Source of the DNA: Octopus vulgaris
Lineage: Eukaryota
Direction of reading: 5' to 3'
NCBI GenBank assembly: GCA_951406725.2
Contig: OX597839.1
Coordinates: 35,092,001-35,156,000, forward strand
Length of the DNA: 64,000 nucleotides
The stretch's first letter is position 1, and every line of letters begins with the position of its first letter. Made by a program: the position numbers and the translations under genes. The notes below the pieces were generated by a model. It saw only the letters and a program-made list of their open reading frames with translations. It ran no database searches and was not told where the DNA came from. Shown piece after piece: positions 50,891 through 64,000 of the stretch.

Positions 50891-52587
50891 TTTATCCTAA
50901 TTATTATCATCGTTGTCATTATCATCATTATCTTTATTGTTATCATTATTGTCATCATTACCATGGTGATCGTTATCTTGATTGTCATAGTCAGCGGGGT
51001 CGTAGGTTGGGGGGTGGGGCACAATTATCACCATCTTCATCATCATCATCATCATCTTTCATATCATCATCATCATCATCATCTTTGATATGGTTTTCAT
51101 ATCATCCCTTTCCATGTTTGAAGGGGTCCGAGAGAGGATTTCGTTGAGGCAGGTCTTCTACAGCCCTGTGTGCCCCTTCCTGTCACCGACCCTTTGTCGT
51201 CCCTTGTCCATTTCCAAAGTAATATTCCTCCATAACCAAACACTGGTAACAAAGGACACCACTCCTGTGACGGGGACACTTGCCTATAACCATCACATGA
51301 TGTCAAGACAAGGGGACACACACACACACACATACACACATATACACATACATGTACACGCACACACTCATTCACTAACGCACACATACATATATACACG
51401 CATATATGCATAATTGCATTCACATGTACTTGTACATACACATACATGTACACACACACCTACATGTAAAAACACATATATATGATTACATTCTCACATA
51501 CACACACACATACATACACGCATACATGTATACACACACATGTACACTAACTCTCCACCTGTCACCATCAAGCTCTCTCTCTCCCTCTTACTCTTTCTCT
51601 CTCTTACCCTCTCTCTCTTTCTTACTCTCTTACTCTTTCTCTCTCTTACTCTCTCTCCCTCTTACTCTTTCTTTCTCTTACTCTTTCTATCTCTTAACCT
51701 CTCTCTTTCTCTCTCTTAACCTCTCTCTCTCTTAATTTATCAACCCCGAAAGGATGAAAGGCAAAGTCGACCTCGGCGGAATTTGAACTCAGAACGTAAC
51801 GGCAGACGAAATACCACTAGGTATTTTGCCCGGTGTGCTAACGACTCTGCCATCTCACTGCATTAATGTTACAGTGTATTACGTGACCTATGTTTATCTC
51901 GTTTAAGGTCAATAAACGAGTAAATAGTCTACTATCTCTGTCTTCCTTCACCTTACAGTGTTTATGCTCCGTGACTTATAAATTAACCTTGGAATTTAAG
52001 TACGGACAAACGGTTTCCACTAAAGAAAGCTGTCCACTTATAAACACTCTGTTAACTGGAATTCAAGGAAGTGCTCATCTACAATGTGGCTCATCGTCAT
52101 TTAATGTCTGCTTTCCATGCTGGTATGGGTTGGACAGTTTGGCAGAGGCTGGCCAGGCAGAACTCTGCACCAGGCTTCACTGTTTGTTTTGGTAGGGGTT
52201 TTACAGCTGGATGCCCTTCCTAAATCCGACTACCCCACAGAGTGAACTGAATGCTTTTTACAAGGCACCAGCACTGACAGGGTCTGTTTTGGCATGGGTT
52301 TTACAGCTGGATGCCCTTCCTAAATCCGACTACCCCACAGAGTGAACTGAATGCTTTTTACAAGGCACCCGCACTGACAGGGTCTGTTTTGGCATGGGTT
52401 TTACAGCTGGATGCCCTTCCAAACGCCAACAACTTTACAGTGTGGACTGGATACTTTTTACGTGGCACCAGCACTGGCAGGGTCGCCAAGGTAACTTGCA
52501 AGACAAGGAATCTTTGAGAAGGGGAAATATGATGGCCCAAAATCACTTAATATGTCAGGGCCCCTTTTTTTTTCTTTGGTCACTGAA

Positions 52588-53377
52588 ATATTTATTTCTT
52601 TATTACTCACAAGGGGCTAAACATAGAGGGGACTAACAAGGACAGATAAAGGGATTAAGTCAATTATATTGACCCCAGTGCATAACTGGTACTTATTTAA
52701 TCGACCCAGAAAGGATGAAAGGCAAAGATGACCTCGGCAGAATTTGAACTCAGAACGTAATGGTAGATGAAATGCCTATTTCTTTACTACCCACAAGAGA
52801 CTAAACACAGAGAGGACAAACAAGGACAGACAAAGGGATTAAGTCGATTATATCGACCCCAGTGCGTAACTGGTACTTAATTTATCGACCCAGAAAGGAT
52901 GAAAGGCAAAGATGACCTCGGCAGAATTTGAACTCAGAACGTAATGGTAGATGAAATGCCTATTTCTTTACTACCCACAAGAGACTAAACACAGAGAGGA
53001 CAAACAAGGACAGACAAAGGGACTAAGTCGATTATATCGACCCCAGTGCGTAACTGGTACTTAATTTATCGACCCAGAAAGGATGAAAGGCAAAGATGAC
53101 CTCGGCAGAATTTGAACTCAGAATGTAATGGTAGATGAAATGCCTATTTCTTTACTACCCACAAGAGACTAAACACAGAGAGGACAAACAAGGACAGACA
53201 AAGGGATTAAGTCGATTATATTGACGCCAGTGTGTAACTGGTACTTATTCAATCGACCCAGAAAGGATGAAAGGTGAAGACGACCTCAGCGGAATTTGAA
53301 CTCAGAACGTAATGGCAGACGAAATACTGCTAAGCATTCCGTCCGGCGTGCTAACATTTCTGCCAGCTCGCCGCCTT
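52588..53377 (-). mobile_element. SINE family B tandem array (4 x ~183 bp)
   Basis: gcctatttctttactacccacaagagactaaacacagagagg recurs at ~52774, 52958 and 53142; head at ~53375. Confidence 0.9.
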
Positions 53378-53705
53378 CTACTGAAATATTCGGGGTTCAA
53401 AGGTTAACACTGCTGGAGTATTTTAGCTGCAGGATTTGGTATTATTAACTATGCTACTTTAAGAACAGTCTGGTTGAAGTGAAGGGATGTGGAGGAAGAA
53501 GGGAAACAGGAAATGCTTGAATGTACTTATGGCTTATATATGCATAAATACACGCATGCAATCGTAGATATATATAGTTGAATTACATACTTAAATTTAG
53601 CCATCTCATTAGGTCAGAATAATGTACACACACAACAATATTAAGTAATGACGAACATTGGTACATAAGTACTGGCTGAATGATATTCTTGCAGTGTGTG
53701 TAGGC

Positions 53706-53906
53706 CAGTGGTTTTCAACCAGGGTTCCGCCAGTACAGTCCAGGGGTTCCGCAAGAAGTTACAAAACTGCTAAAATCGGCAGTAATTTTTAATTCTCCTG
53801 TGCAGATATGTGTGCATAAGACTATTAAATTATTGCACAGGGGTTCCTCGAGCCAGTGGAATGTTTCCTTGGGGTTCCGCTCCAGCAAAAAGTTTGGAAA
53901 GCACTG
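53706..53906. mobile_element. hAT (Charlie-like) MITE
   Basis: Termini CAGTG...CACTG with a perfect 8-bp TSD gtgtaggc (53698-53705 and 53907-53914). Confidence 0.85.
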
Positions 53907-54344
53907 GTGTAGGCAATTAGACATAGCTGAGGGAAGAAACCCCGCTCTTGAGCTAGTCAGACATGTACATTATATTAAATATAGGGTCCAGAATATTTAC
54001 GAAGGGCAGATTCTGAGACAGGTGAATAAAATATGAGTGATAATAGAAGTACAGGTGTGAAACCATTATAGCTGTTTCTAATTATCATCGTTTAACGTCT
54101 GCTTTCCATGCTAGCATGGGTTGGACGATATGACAGGTCTGGCGAACCAGACTCCAATCTGATCTGACAGAACTTCTACAGATGGATGCCCTTTCTAACA
54201 CCAACTACTCCGAGAATGTGGGTGCTTTTACGTGCCACCGGCACAAGGGCCAGTCAGACAGTACTGGCAGCAGCCACGCTCAAATGGTGTTTTTTGACTC
54301 CTTTCATTAATTAATGAATACATTACATCATTGTAAAGAAACCG

Positions 54345-54511
54345 TAGGAGTGGCTGTGTGGTAAGTAGCTTGCTCACCAACCACATGGTCCCTGGTTCAG
54401 TCCCACTGCGTGGCACCTTGGGCAAGTGTCTTCTACTATAGCCTTTGGCCGACCAAAGCCTTGTGAGTGGATTTGGAAGACGGAAACTGAAAGAAGCCCA
54501 TCGTATATATG

Positions 54512-54546
<35 letters not shown>

Positions 54547-54755
54547 TTGTGTGACTGCGTTTGTCCTCCCAACATTGCTTGACAACCGATGGTGGTGTGT
54601 TTATGTCCCTGTAACTTAGCGGTTCGGCAAAAGAGACCGATAGAATAAGTACTAGGCTTCCAAAGAATAAGTCGTGGGGTCGATTTGCTCGACTGAAGGC
54701 GGTGCTCCAGCATGGCCACAGTCAAATGACTGAAACAAGTAAAAGAGTGAGAGAG
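54345..54755 (+). mobile_element. SINE family A
   Basis: Full head to tail. Confidence 0.85.
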
Positions 54756-55040
54756 AGAGAGTCAGATGAATTCATGAACTTCAAAATAAAGGGCAATTCA
54801 AAATGACTTAACAGGGTTTTAAATCCTCAGAGCAAAACATTTACAGGGATTCTGCTTTCTTTCTTTCTTTCTTTTCTCCTTCTTCTTCTCCCTTCCCTAT
54901 CCCCCACTTCCTTTGTTCTGCTCCCTGCCTTGTTGACTTGTGGAGATAAAGCTTGTGTATTGTTTCCATTACAAATGACCTTGATAATTTAGTAGGTTGA
55001 CCTGACCACAAATCATTTTCTTACCATTGACCAGCAGACA

Positions 55041-55944
55041 TTAACCCTTTCGTTACTGTATTTATTTTGAGATACTCTGTGTTTCTTTCAATTACTTCAA
55101 ATATAACAAAGAATTTAGTAAAATAACTTCGTTATCATTAAGCTAGAGTTAGGAGCATAAATTGTGACTAAGATTTGGTGAAAGATTTTAATTCAAAACT
55201 CACGTAAACAAGACATTTGTACTACAGAGCCAGGGGTGGTTTCAGCCGGGTTGGTAACGAAAGGGTTAAGAATTGTTTCTCTATTATATATTTTAACCTT
55301 TTTGTTACCCTATTTCTGTTGAGATGCTCTGTATTTCTTTCAATTGATTGTAAATGTAACAAAGAATTTAGTAAAATAACTTAGTTATCAATAAGCTAGT
55401 GTTAGGAACATAAAATGTGACTAAGGTTTGGTGGAAGATTTTTAATTCAAAACTTAGGAAAACAAGACATTTGTTACCATATTTCTGTTGAGATGCTCTG
55501 TGTTTCTTTCAATTACTTCAAATATAACAAAGAATTTAGTAAAATAACTCAGTTATCATTAAGCTAGAGTTAGGAGCATAAATTGTGACTAAGGTTTGGT
55601 GGAAGATTTTAATTCAGAACTTTTGAAAACAAGACATTTGTACAACAGAGCCAGAGGTGGTTTCAGCCAGGTTGGTAGTGAAAGGGTTAATAATTGTTTC
55701 TCTATTGTATCTTTTAACCCTTTCATTATTGTATTTATTTTGAGATGTTCTTTGTTTCTTTCAATTAATTTAAACATAACATAGAATTTAGTGAAATAAA
55801 CTTAAATTATCATTCAGCTGGTGTTAGGAACATAAATTGTGACTAAGGTTTGGTGGGAGATTTTAATTCAAAACTTATTAAAACAAGACATCTGTACTAC
55901 AGAGCCAGGGGTGGTGTCAGCTAGGTTGGTAACAAAAGGGTTAA
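55041..55944. mobile_element. Second tandem array of the piggyBac-type MITE
   Basis: Same unit and same inter-unit spacer as 18246-19227; bounded by TTAA|CCC and GGG|TTAA. Confidence 0.8.
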
Positions 55945-56106
55945 ACAACTCCTTAATTGATAAACCCAAGAGTAATGGGGCTGTGCCCTCCTCTCTTGTT
56001 AGAAGTATATAGATTTGGGAGTCAACTATTTCTTTCCCCTCCTAAAAACTCTACTAACCTCTAAATTTTTCTGTTTTGATAAACTATACACTTTTCTGGT
56101 AAATCA

Positions 56107-57012
56107 TTTCTGAAGAGACCTTTGGAAGTATGCTGTGCGTGAGAAAACCCGGCAGGACAAGTGAGACCATCACCCATGGCCTCAGTCCACTTATGCATAC
56201 CTTTCCTTCTTGGGACACAAAACCCTACTTGTGAAGACCTGTTGAGGCAAGTAAAAATCAAAAATCAAAAATCAAAATCGATCAACATCAATGGAAATTG
56301 TTGCTGTGACACCAGTGCTGGTGGCACATAAGAGAACCATCCAAACGTGGCCGTTGCCAGTGCTGCCCTGACTGGCTTCCGTGCCGGTGGCACGTAAAAA
56401 GCACCATCCGTTCGTGGCCGTTGCCAGCCTCGCCTGGCCTCCGTGCCAGTGGCACGTAAAAAGCACCATCCGTTCGTGGCCGTTGCCAGCCTCGCCTGGC
56501 CTCCGTGCCAGTGGCACGTAAAAAGCACCATCCGATCGTGGCCGTTGCCAGCCTCGCCTGGCCCCCGTGCCAGTGGCACGTAAAAAGCACCATCCGTTCG
56601 TGGCCGTTGCCAGCCTCGCCTGGCCTCCGTGCCAGTGGCACATAAAAAGCACCATCCGATCGTGGCCGTTGCCAGCCTCGCCTGGCCTCCGTGCCAGTGG
56701 CACGTAAAAAGCACCATCCGATCGTGGCCGTTGCCAGCCTCGCCTGGCCTCCGTGCCAGTGGCACGTAAAAAGCACCATCCGATCGTGGCCGTTGCCAGC
56801 CTCGCCTGGCCTCCGTGCCAGTGACACGTAAAAAGCACCCACTACACTCATGGAGTGGTTGGCGTTAGGAAGGGCATCCAGTCGTAGAAACATTGCCAGA
56901 TCAGACTGGGCCTGGTGCAGCCTTCTGGCTTCCCTGACCCCAGTTGAACCCTACAACCCATGCTAGCATGGAAAGCGGACGCTAAACGATGATGATGATG
57001 ATGATGATGATG
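56107..57012 (+). mobile_element. RTE LINE 3' end: ORF2 C-terminus, 3' UTR with ~8 x 62-bp units, (GAT)n tail
   Basis: RDLWKYAVREKTRQDK* at ~56118-56164. gtggcacgtaaaaagcacc recurs every 62 bp from 56387 to 56821. Confidence 0.85.
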
Positions 57013-57049
57013 AAACAGTAGCAGAATCGCTGTGTTTTGCTCCATGGAT

Positions 57050-57345
57050 TTTAATATTTAGGGAGTGTGTTACATATCCCAGTGCCCCAATAATTATAGC
57101 TATAAACCTGAACTTGAAATCTGGATAGAGTCATCAATAGTTCAGCATAGATATTTTCTTTTTTACTGATCTTTATCTTTATGTTAACATCTGCTGGGCA
57201 GCTGATTTCCACAACTGTGCACAGTTTCTCTTCTCTATCCCAAATCATTACATCAGGTCTGTTGTACTTAGATTTTATTGAGGTTTTCTCTGGGACATTC
57301 CACCAGTACTCCTTTTTATTATGAGTGGCTATGGTTTCCGACTAT
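57050..57345 (-). mobile_element. R4/Dong-like restriction-like endonuclease fragment
   Basis: KYNRPDVMIWDREEKLCTVVEISCPADVNI...KENIYAEL (RPD...E.S.P...K..Y motif), then a frameshift to FIAIIIGALG. Confidence 0.7.
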
Positions 57346-57382
57346 GTATGTATGTATAACAAACACACACATACACATCTAA

Positions 57383-57436
<54 letters not shown>

Positions 57437-58109
57437 ATACATAAACTGTTTGCTGGCTAACTAGATAGAGAGAGAGTGAGAAAGATAGATAGACAGACAG
57501 GCAGACAGATAGACAGGCAGACAGACAGACAGACAGACAGATAGATATGTGAGTGAGTGTGGGTGTGCGTGGGTAGACATGTAGGCAGGTGTGTGTGTGT
57601 GCATGTAGAAGGTCGTGACTTCAATTCCTAGCCTGAATGGTACATTATTTTCCCAAGCAAAGCACTTTATCTCACGTTACTCTACGATCACTTTGACACC
57701 TGATACCTGGTACACCTATGCACCTAACACTAATTTGATCTCTGTAAACAAAACCTTTGTGAAGGTCATTCAGCAGAAGCTGGACACTCAGAGGTCAGCT
57801 TTCGTGGAAAAGCCCATTATTATTAGTATTATGTCTGTGTGTAAGGCAGTGAGCTGGCAGAATGGTTAGCATGCTGAGCGAAATGCTTAGCAGTATTTCG
57901 TCAGCCGCTACGTTGAGTTCAAGACATCAACTCCCCAGTGCTCAACTGGTACCTCTTTTATTGAAGCCGTAAGGATGAAAGGCAAAGTGGGACCCAGCAG
58001 AATTTGAACTCAGAACATTAAGACGGATAAAATACAGCTAAGCACTTCACCCAGCACACTAACAATTCTGAAAGTTTGCCAATTTAAGAAGAATTCCTAC
58101 ATTCGCTAT

Positions 58110-58313
58110 GATAGATCATTAGCCACTACACACTTTTTTTTTTTTCCTTCCCTGCTTCTCTCCTTGTTTTTTTCTGTGTCCCTTTCTGTAGAAGAGCGTA
58201 GGCTCGAAACTTAAAAGATTTTTTTTTTCTATTCCTGAGCGTTATACTAATACATCTGTTTGTTTTGTACACCACCTATCTTCGTCTTTTGTTTATTTTC
58301 GTAAACTCTCCCT
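58110..58313 (+). mobile_element. Penelope-like remnant with degenerate hammerhead (58182-58218)
   Basis: Homologous to 41270-41478; CTGTAGA-A-GAGC gtag GCTC-GAAAC. Confidence 0.55.
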
Positions 58314-58675
58314 ATCATCATCATCATCATCATCATCATCATTTAACGTCCGCTTTCCATGCTAGCATGGGTTGGACGGTTCAATTGAGGTCTGGGAAGC
58401 CAGAAGGCTGCACCAGGCCCAGTCTGATCTGGCAATGTTTCTACGGCTGGATGCAGTTCCTAACACCAACCACTCCGTGAGTGTAGTGGGTGCTTTTTAC
58501 GTGCCACCGGCACAGGTGCCAGACAAGGCTGGCAAACGGCCACGTTCAGATGGTGCTTTTTACGTGCCACCGGCACGGGGGCCAGGCGAGGCTGGCAAAC
58601 GGCCACGAACGGATGGTGCTTTTTACGTGCCACCGGCACAAGGCCAGTCGGGGCAGCGCTGGCAACGGCCATGTT
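58314..58675 (-). mobile_element. RTE-type LINE 3' UTR fragment
   Basis: (CAT)n plus tail plus three 63-bp units. Confidence 0.8.
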
Positions 58676-58929
58676 CACACGTATATGTGTATGTGTGTGT
58701 GTGTGTGTGTGTGTGTATGCATATATAGTTATTTCATTAGGTATTAAACGTGTATGCATATTAGTGGAAGGTTATCAAAGTAATTATGTTAATGATTATA
58801 TTGCTAATTATTATATTATAGGATTATTTATTTATGCATTTGGATATATGTTGGGATGGTCCACTTAATTATTCACATCTGGGCTTACTCTATACATTTA
58901 TGATAATTATGGGAATTCATTTATTTAAA

Positions 58930-59870
58930 GCAGGAAAGTTCACAATAGGTATTGCAGCCGGATGCACGATATCAGTCATCTTATTCGTGCTAGTCATGGA
59001 AATGTTACTTAGATCTACAAACTGTGAGAAAGCTGTTACAAAGACACCATTAAGGGCTTTTATGGACGACGTTACTGTATTATCGGAAAGTAGAGAAGCA
59101 GCGGAGGGAACGTTAGAGCGGTTGGACGAACTGATAGGATGGGCAAGGATGAAATTCAAAGCCAAAAAATCTTGAAGAGGGGCTTTTGTGAAAGGATTGC
59201 AAGAAGAAGTGAAATTCAGGATAGGAGGTGAAGACATACCAACGGTGAAAGAACAACCAGTAAAGAGTCTCGGCAGATGGTATAGAGATTTATTAAATGA
59301 TAAGAAGCAAGGGAAAGAAACACATGAGTTAGTAGAAGAAGGATTAAAGGCAATTGACAGAACAACGCTGCCAGGAAAATTCAAATGTTGGATATTGCAA
59401 TTTGGACTGTACCCAAGGATAATGTGGCCATTGCAAATGTACGAAATAGCCTTGAGTAGAGTAGAAAAGAGCGAACAAAGATGCAGTGTGTTTATCAGAA
59501 AATGGCTTGGTTTGCCGAAACCACTGAATACAACTGCACTATATGGAAAACCCGTGCTGCAACTGCCAATAACATCAATTGCCAAAGAATATAAGGCAGG
59601 AAAGGCAAGGACAGTAATGATGCTAAGGTATTCAAAAGATCAGAGCATCCGGGAAAACCCCCCCAAAGGTACGAACAGGGAGGAAGTGGAAAGTGGAAGA
59701 GGCAGTAAACAGGGTGATCGGAAAACTGAGACGCGCAAATATAATCAGAGCGACACAAGAAGCAAAAGCCAGCCTAGGGTCACACAATTTCAGGCCATTT
59801 TACAAGAGCAGTGTAAAAGAGATGAAAGAGGCAGTGGTATACGAAGTGAGAAAGGAGGAAGAAGAGAGTG
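58930..59870 (+). mobile_element. Hero-clade (RLE-type) non-LTR retrotransposon RT fragment, pseudogenised
   Basis: GIAAGCTISVILF...PLRAFMDDVT...WARMKFKAKKS*...PVKSLGR...LPGKFKCWILQFGLYPRIMWPL...RKWLGLP...ALYG. One TGA at 59173-59175 and a frameshift near the C-run at ~59660. Confidence 0.8.
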
Positions 59871-59949
59871 TTTCGCCTGAAAGAACAGTAGGCCTAGCGC
59901 TTCTTGCTGCGTCTTCCACTGAGCCTATGTTTCTAAATTTTCTAACCAA

Positions 59950-60089
59950 AGTGGCTGTGTGGTAAGTAGCTTGCTTACCAACCACATGGTTCTGGGTTCA
60001 GTCCCACTGTGTGGCACCGTGGGCAAGTGTCTTCTACTATAGCTTCAGGCTGTCCAAAGCCTTGTGACGGAAACTGAAAGAAGCCTGTC

Positions 60090-60127
<38 letters not shown>

Positions 60128-60340
60128 TTGTGTGTCTGTGTTTGTCCTCCCAACATCGCTTGACAACCGATGCTGGTGTGTTTACGTCTCCGTAACTTAG
60201 CAGTTCGGCAAAAAGAGACCGATAGAATAAGTACTAGGCTTCCAAAGAATAAGTCCTGGGGTCGATTTGCTCGACTAAAAGGCGGTGCTCCAGCATGGCT
60301 GCAGTCAAATGACTGAAACAAGTAAAAGAGTAAAGAGAGA
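59950..60340 (+). mobile_element. SINE family A
   Basis: Colinear with the other copies. Confidence 0.85.
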
Positions 60341-60614
60341 GTGTCACGATGTGGAACAACAGTTTTTGGAAAAGTTTCACTCAACTTCTGTTTCACAGTA
60401 TCTGTGTATTTTTTTCCTGCTCAAAACAACCTATTCAACTAAAAGCTTACGTTCTTCATTGGTTAGCACATCGACAGGCTGAAGGGCTTACAATTGCTGA
60501 CACTTGGCCGCCCACACAGTGACAGCCAAGTTGTGCATGCACAGGATGAAAACACTTCACAGCACAGAGACTTTTTGAATACCATGTATTATGTCTATTT
60601 TTATAAGTATTTTC

Positions 60615-61296
60615 GGATCTTTTCGGTTTGAACAGCAGTTTTTTCTAGCGGTGTCATATGAAATTGTCACCCATGATTATGACCCTAGTATCAATCTATT
60701 GCATTTCAATCTGTTTTGCGGTTAGGGTTACGGAAGGGTATCTTTTTTTCTTCACAAATATAAATAAACCCTATCTGATTCTTAAACGAGGGACATATTC
60801 ATACGGCACAGAATGTTTTCCACCTCAATAGATGTCAGTGATTGGTTGAAATTGCAGAAATTGAAGAAAAAAGCAACAAATATCTTACAAACTATAGATT
60901 TTTTCTAGCGGTATCATATGAAATTGTCACCCATAATTATGACCCTAGTATCAATCTATTGCATTTCAATCTGTTTTAGGGTTAGGGTTAGGAGTGGGGG
61001 GGAAGGGTATCTTTTTTTCTTCACAAATGTAAATAAACCCAATCTCTTTCTTAAACGAGGGACATATTCATACGGCACAGAATGTTTTCCACCTCAATAG
61101 ATGTCATTGATGGGTTGAAATTGCAGAAATTGAAGAAAAAAAAAACAATAAATATCTTACAAACTATAGAATTTTCTCAATAAAGCCAAGAGAAAAAGAT
61201 GTTTTATAAACACATTCTACCAGTATACGAAGTTTAAAATTGTTTAGTTACATGGAAATTATTTTTTAAAAACTGCCGTTCAAACCAAAAAGATCC
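60615..61296. mobile_element. Non-autonomous DNA transposon with ~28-bp TIRs and an internal ~260-bp direct duplication
   Basis: ggatcttttcggtttgaacagcagtttt ... aaaactgccgttcaaaccaaaaagatcc. 60640-60900 is repeated at 60900-61170. Confidence 0.75.
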
Positions 61297-61387
61297 CAAA
61301 TTTTCAAATATATCCATAAAAATACTATAAATTTCCATTTTACTGGATTCCTTTTTTTTTTTTTTCCTTTCTTCTTAGTATATTTCG

Positions 61388-61595
61388 TATTCTTTTACTT
61401 GTTTCAGTCGTTTGACTGTGGCCATGCTGGAGCACTGCCTTTAGTCGAGCAAATCGACCCCAGGACTTAATCTTTGTAAACCTTAGTACTTATTCTATCG
61501 GTCTGTTTTGCTGAACTGCTAAGTTACGGGGACGTAAACACACCAGCATCGGTTGTTAAGCGATGTTGGGAAGACAAACACAAACACACAAATAT

Positions 61596-61673
<78 letters not shown>

Positions 61674-61960
61674 AATTGTTTATGAATTTAACCTTTAAAG
61701 GTATTTTTTAAAATGCTGGCCATTGATAGAATTTTTTTCGAAAAATTTTATCCTATATTAGATATATATGTATATATATATATATATACATATATACAAC
61801 GGGCTTTTTTCAGTTTCCATCTACCAAATCCACTCACAAGGCTTTGGTCGGCCCGGGGCTATAGTAGAAGACACTTGCCCATGGTGCCACACAGTGGAAC
61901 TGAACCCGAAACCATGTGGTTGGTAAGCAAGCTACTTACCACACAGCCACTCCTGCGCCT
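61388..61960 (-). mobile_element. SINE family A with an AT-rich insert in its TA tract
   Basis: Halves at 61388-61610 and 61795-61960. Confidence 0.8.
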
Positions 61961-62097
61961 ATATCAGGTTTTTGAGTTTATTATTGATTTTAGTATTTAT
62001 TTCTATACTTCTGCTATTGTTTTTCCTGTTTTTAAAACCCTGCCCATTAATCCTGGGATTTGTTGCCCTGTCTGCACTTATTTCCTTTATTTTATTA

Positions 62098-62778
62098 CTA
62101 GCAGCATAGCCCAGCATTGCCCGGGTATGTAAGAAACTTTGTCGATAAGCAATGCCCTTTACCGTTTTACTCTGTTTTGTACTCATTGAACCATTATTTA
62201 AAAAAAATATCGCAGAAAAATCAGTTTGCTATGTGTGCCACATACGATGTAATTAACCGATTTTTTTCCAGTAATAACGTATCCTATTGGAATAAAAAGG
62301 GCCATATAGCTCCTTGGAGCAGACGTGATGCTCGCTGTGAATTTCAAAAAAAATTCCTGCCAATTTGTTAAAGATATTGTCGAAAATATGTCATCTTGAA
62401 TTTGAATGCGATTTCCCAAAATGGCATGATTTTTTCGATTTTTTCTGATGGTAAGGTATTGCATGGAAAACTAACGTCAGAATTTAGTTCCTTAGGGTAA
62501 CATTAAGCTTCACCATGAGTTTGGTGAAAATTGATTGCAAGTTGCGTAAACTACAACGGAAAATGTGTTGCATATGACAAGCTTAGATTCTCGACCCCAT
62601 GTCCAATTTATCGATTTTTTTCAGAACTGGGGGCACTTTTCAAAATTTTCGCTGCGTTAGTTTCGAATTATGACATTGGGCTATGTATGTTTCAAGTTTC
62701 ATCAGAATCGGTTGAAAGCCATGGTCAGGGTGAGGGTACAACCTGACAGACACACAGACTGCCTTTTATAAATATAGA
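62098..62778 (-). mobile_element. Non-autonomous Helitron (longer relative of 20285-20648)
   Basis: Plus strand A|CTAG...gcccagcattgcccggg at the left. 62586-62778 matches 20446-20648. Confidence 0.75.
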
Positions 62779-62869
62779 TATCATTTGTAGCTTTAGGTTT
62801 TCTACTAAGTATTATATTTGGCTCATCTGTTATTCACAAGGTCTGTGATATTTTATTTTGTGCTTATAC

Positions 62870-63370
62870 TCCTTACTCTTTTACTTGTTTCAGTCATTTG
62901 ACTGCGGCCATGCTGGAGCACCGCCTTTAATCGAGCAACTCGGCCCCGGGACTTATTCTTTGTAAGCCCAGTACTTATTCTATCGGTCTCTTTTTTGCCG
63001 AACCGCTAAGTGACGGGGACATAAACACACCAGCATCGGTTGTCAAGCAATGCTAGGGGGACAAACACACACATATATATACATATATATACATATATAT
63101 ACTTGCCCATGATGCCACGCAGTGGGACTGAACCCGGAACCATGTGGTTGGTAAGCAAGCTACTTACCACACAGCCACTCCTGCGCCTATATATATACAT
63201 ATATATGACGGGCTTCTTTCAGTTTCCGTCTACCAAATCCACTCATAAGGCTTTGGTCGGCTCGAGGCTATATTAGAAGACACTTTCCCAAGGTGCCACG
63301 CAGTGGGACTGAACCCGGAACCATGTAGTTGGTAAGCAAGCTACTTACCACACAGCCACTCCTGCGCCTA
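62870..63370 (-). mobile_element. SINE family A with duplicated head
   Basis: Head present twice (63100-63190 and 63205-63370). Confidence 0.8.
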
Positions 63371-64000
63371 TATCAGGTTTTTGAGTTTATTATTGATTTT
63401 AGTATTTCTATACTTCTGCTATAGTTTTTCCTGTTTTTAAAACCCTGCCCATTAATCCTGGGATTTATTGTCCTGTCTGTAATTATTTTCTTTATTTTTA
63501 TTATCATTTGTAAGCTTTAGGTTTTCTACTAAGTATTATATTTGGCTCATCTGTTATTCACAAGGTCTGTGATATTTTATTTTGTGCTTATATCCTGCTT
63601 TTAAATGAATTAAGGCTACCTTTGGTTTCATGCTCATGAAAGTAGGAACTAATGATAGTCTTAATACACAAATAAAGAAATTATATCCACCATTTTCATT
63701 GTTCAACTTTACACACACACACACCTATATATACTGTTGTTTCAAGGGAGAGACATTATTTTTTTGTGCCCTATAATGTAATACACTCGCCGGTAAAATT
63801 TCCACTTATTTCTTATTTATATTTTCCTAAAATTTTTGTTGCGTCTTGCAACCTTTTCAAGAGTCTTGACTCTTACATTATAAGGCACAAAAAGAAAATG
63901 ACTCTCCCCAGACACAACAGAATATGCTTCAGCACACGAACTCACATAAAGAACCTTGCAAACCAAATCCCAAAACGAAATATATATATATATGTGTGTG

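Noticed and set aside
56405-56470. HDV-like ribozyme in the 62-bp unit (gcc-tcgcct-ggc resembles P3/L3)
   Set aside because: Could not build P1, P1.1 or the J4/2 catalytic C; the resemblance is partial only.
60720-60992. Telomeric TTAGGG repeats
   Set aside because: Only about two units, internal to a TIR element; not a telomere or interstitial array.

Overview
AT-rich, repeat-saturated eukaryotic DNA, most likely from an octopus/coleoid cephalopod (inferred from the tRNA-derived SINE families and the microsatellite load). Host-gene content is small. There is one intact intronless tetraspanin ORF (6418-7065, +) and probable terminal exon(s) of an upstream gene (81-240; 4981-5030). The rest is mobile DNA and simple repeats: at least three tRNA-SINE families, fragments of RTE, RTE-BovB, Tx1/L1-like, R4/Dong-like and Hero-like non-LTR retrotransposons, non-autonomous Helitrons, piggyBac- and hAT-type MITEs, and long (TA)n/(CA)n/(CTAT)n/(TAA)n/(TAC)n tracts. 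The least obvious signal is a set of about ten minimal hammerhead-ribozyme motifs, three with a canonical core and the rest core variants. They lie in short AT-rich Penelope-like remnants, mostly next to microsatellites, and two are in inverted-repeat arrangement. Most long ORFs in the supplied track are microsatellite artefacts. All family assignments come from motifs read by eye, and repeat boundaries are approximate.
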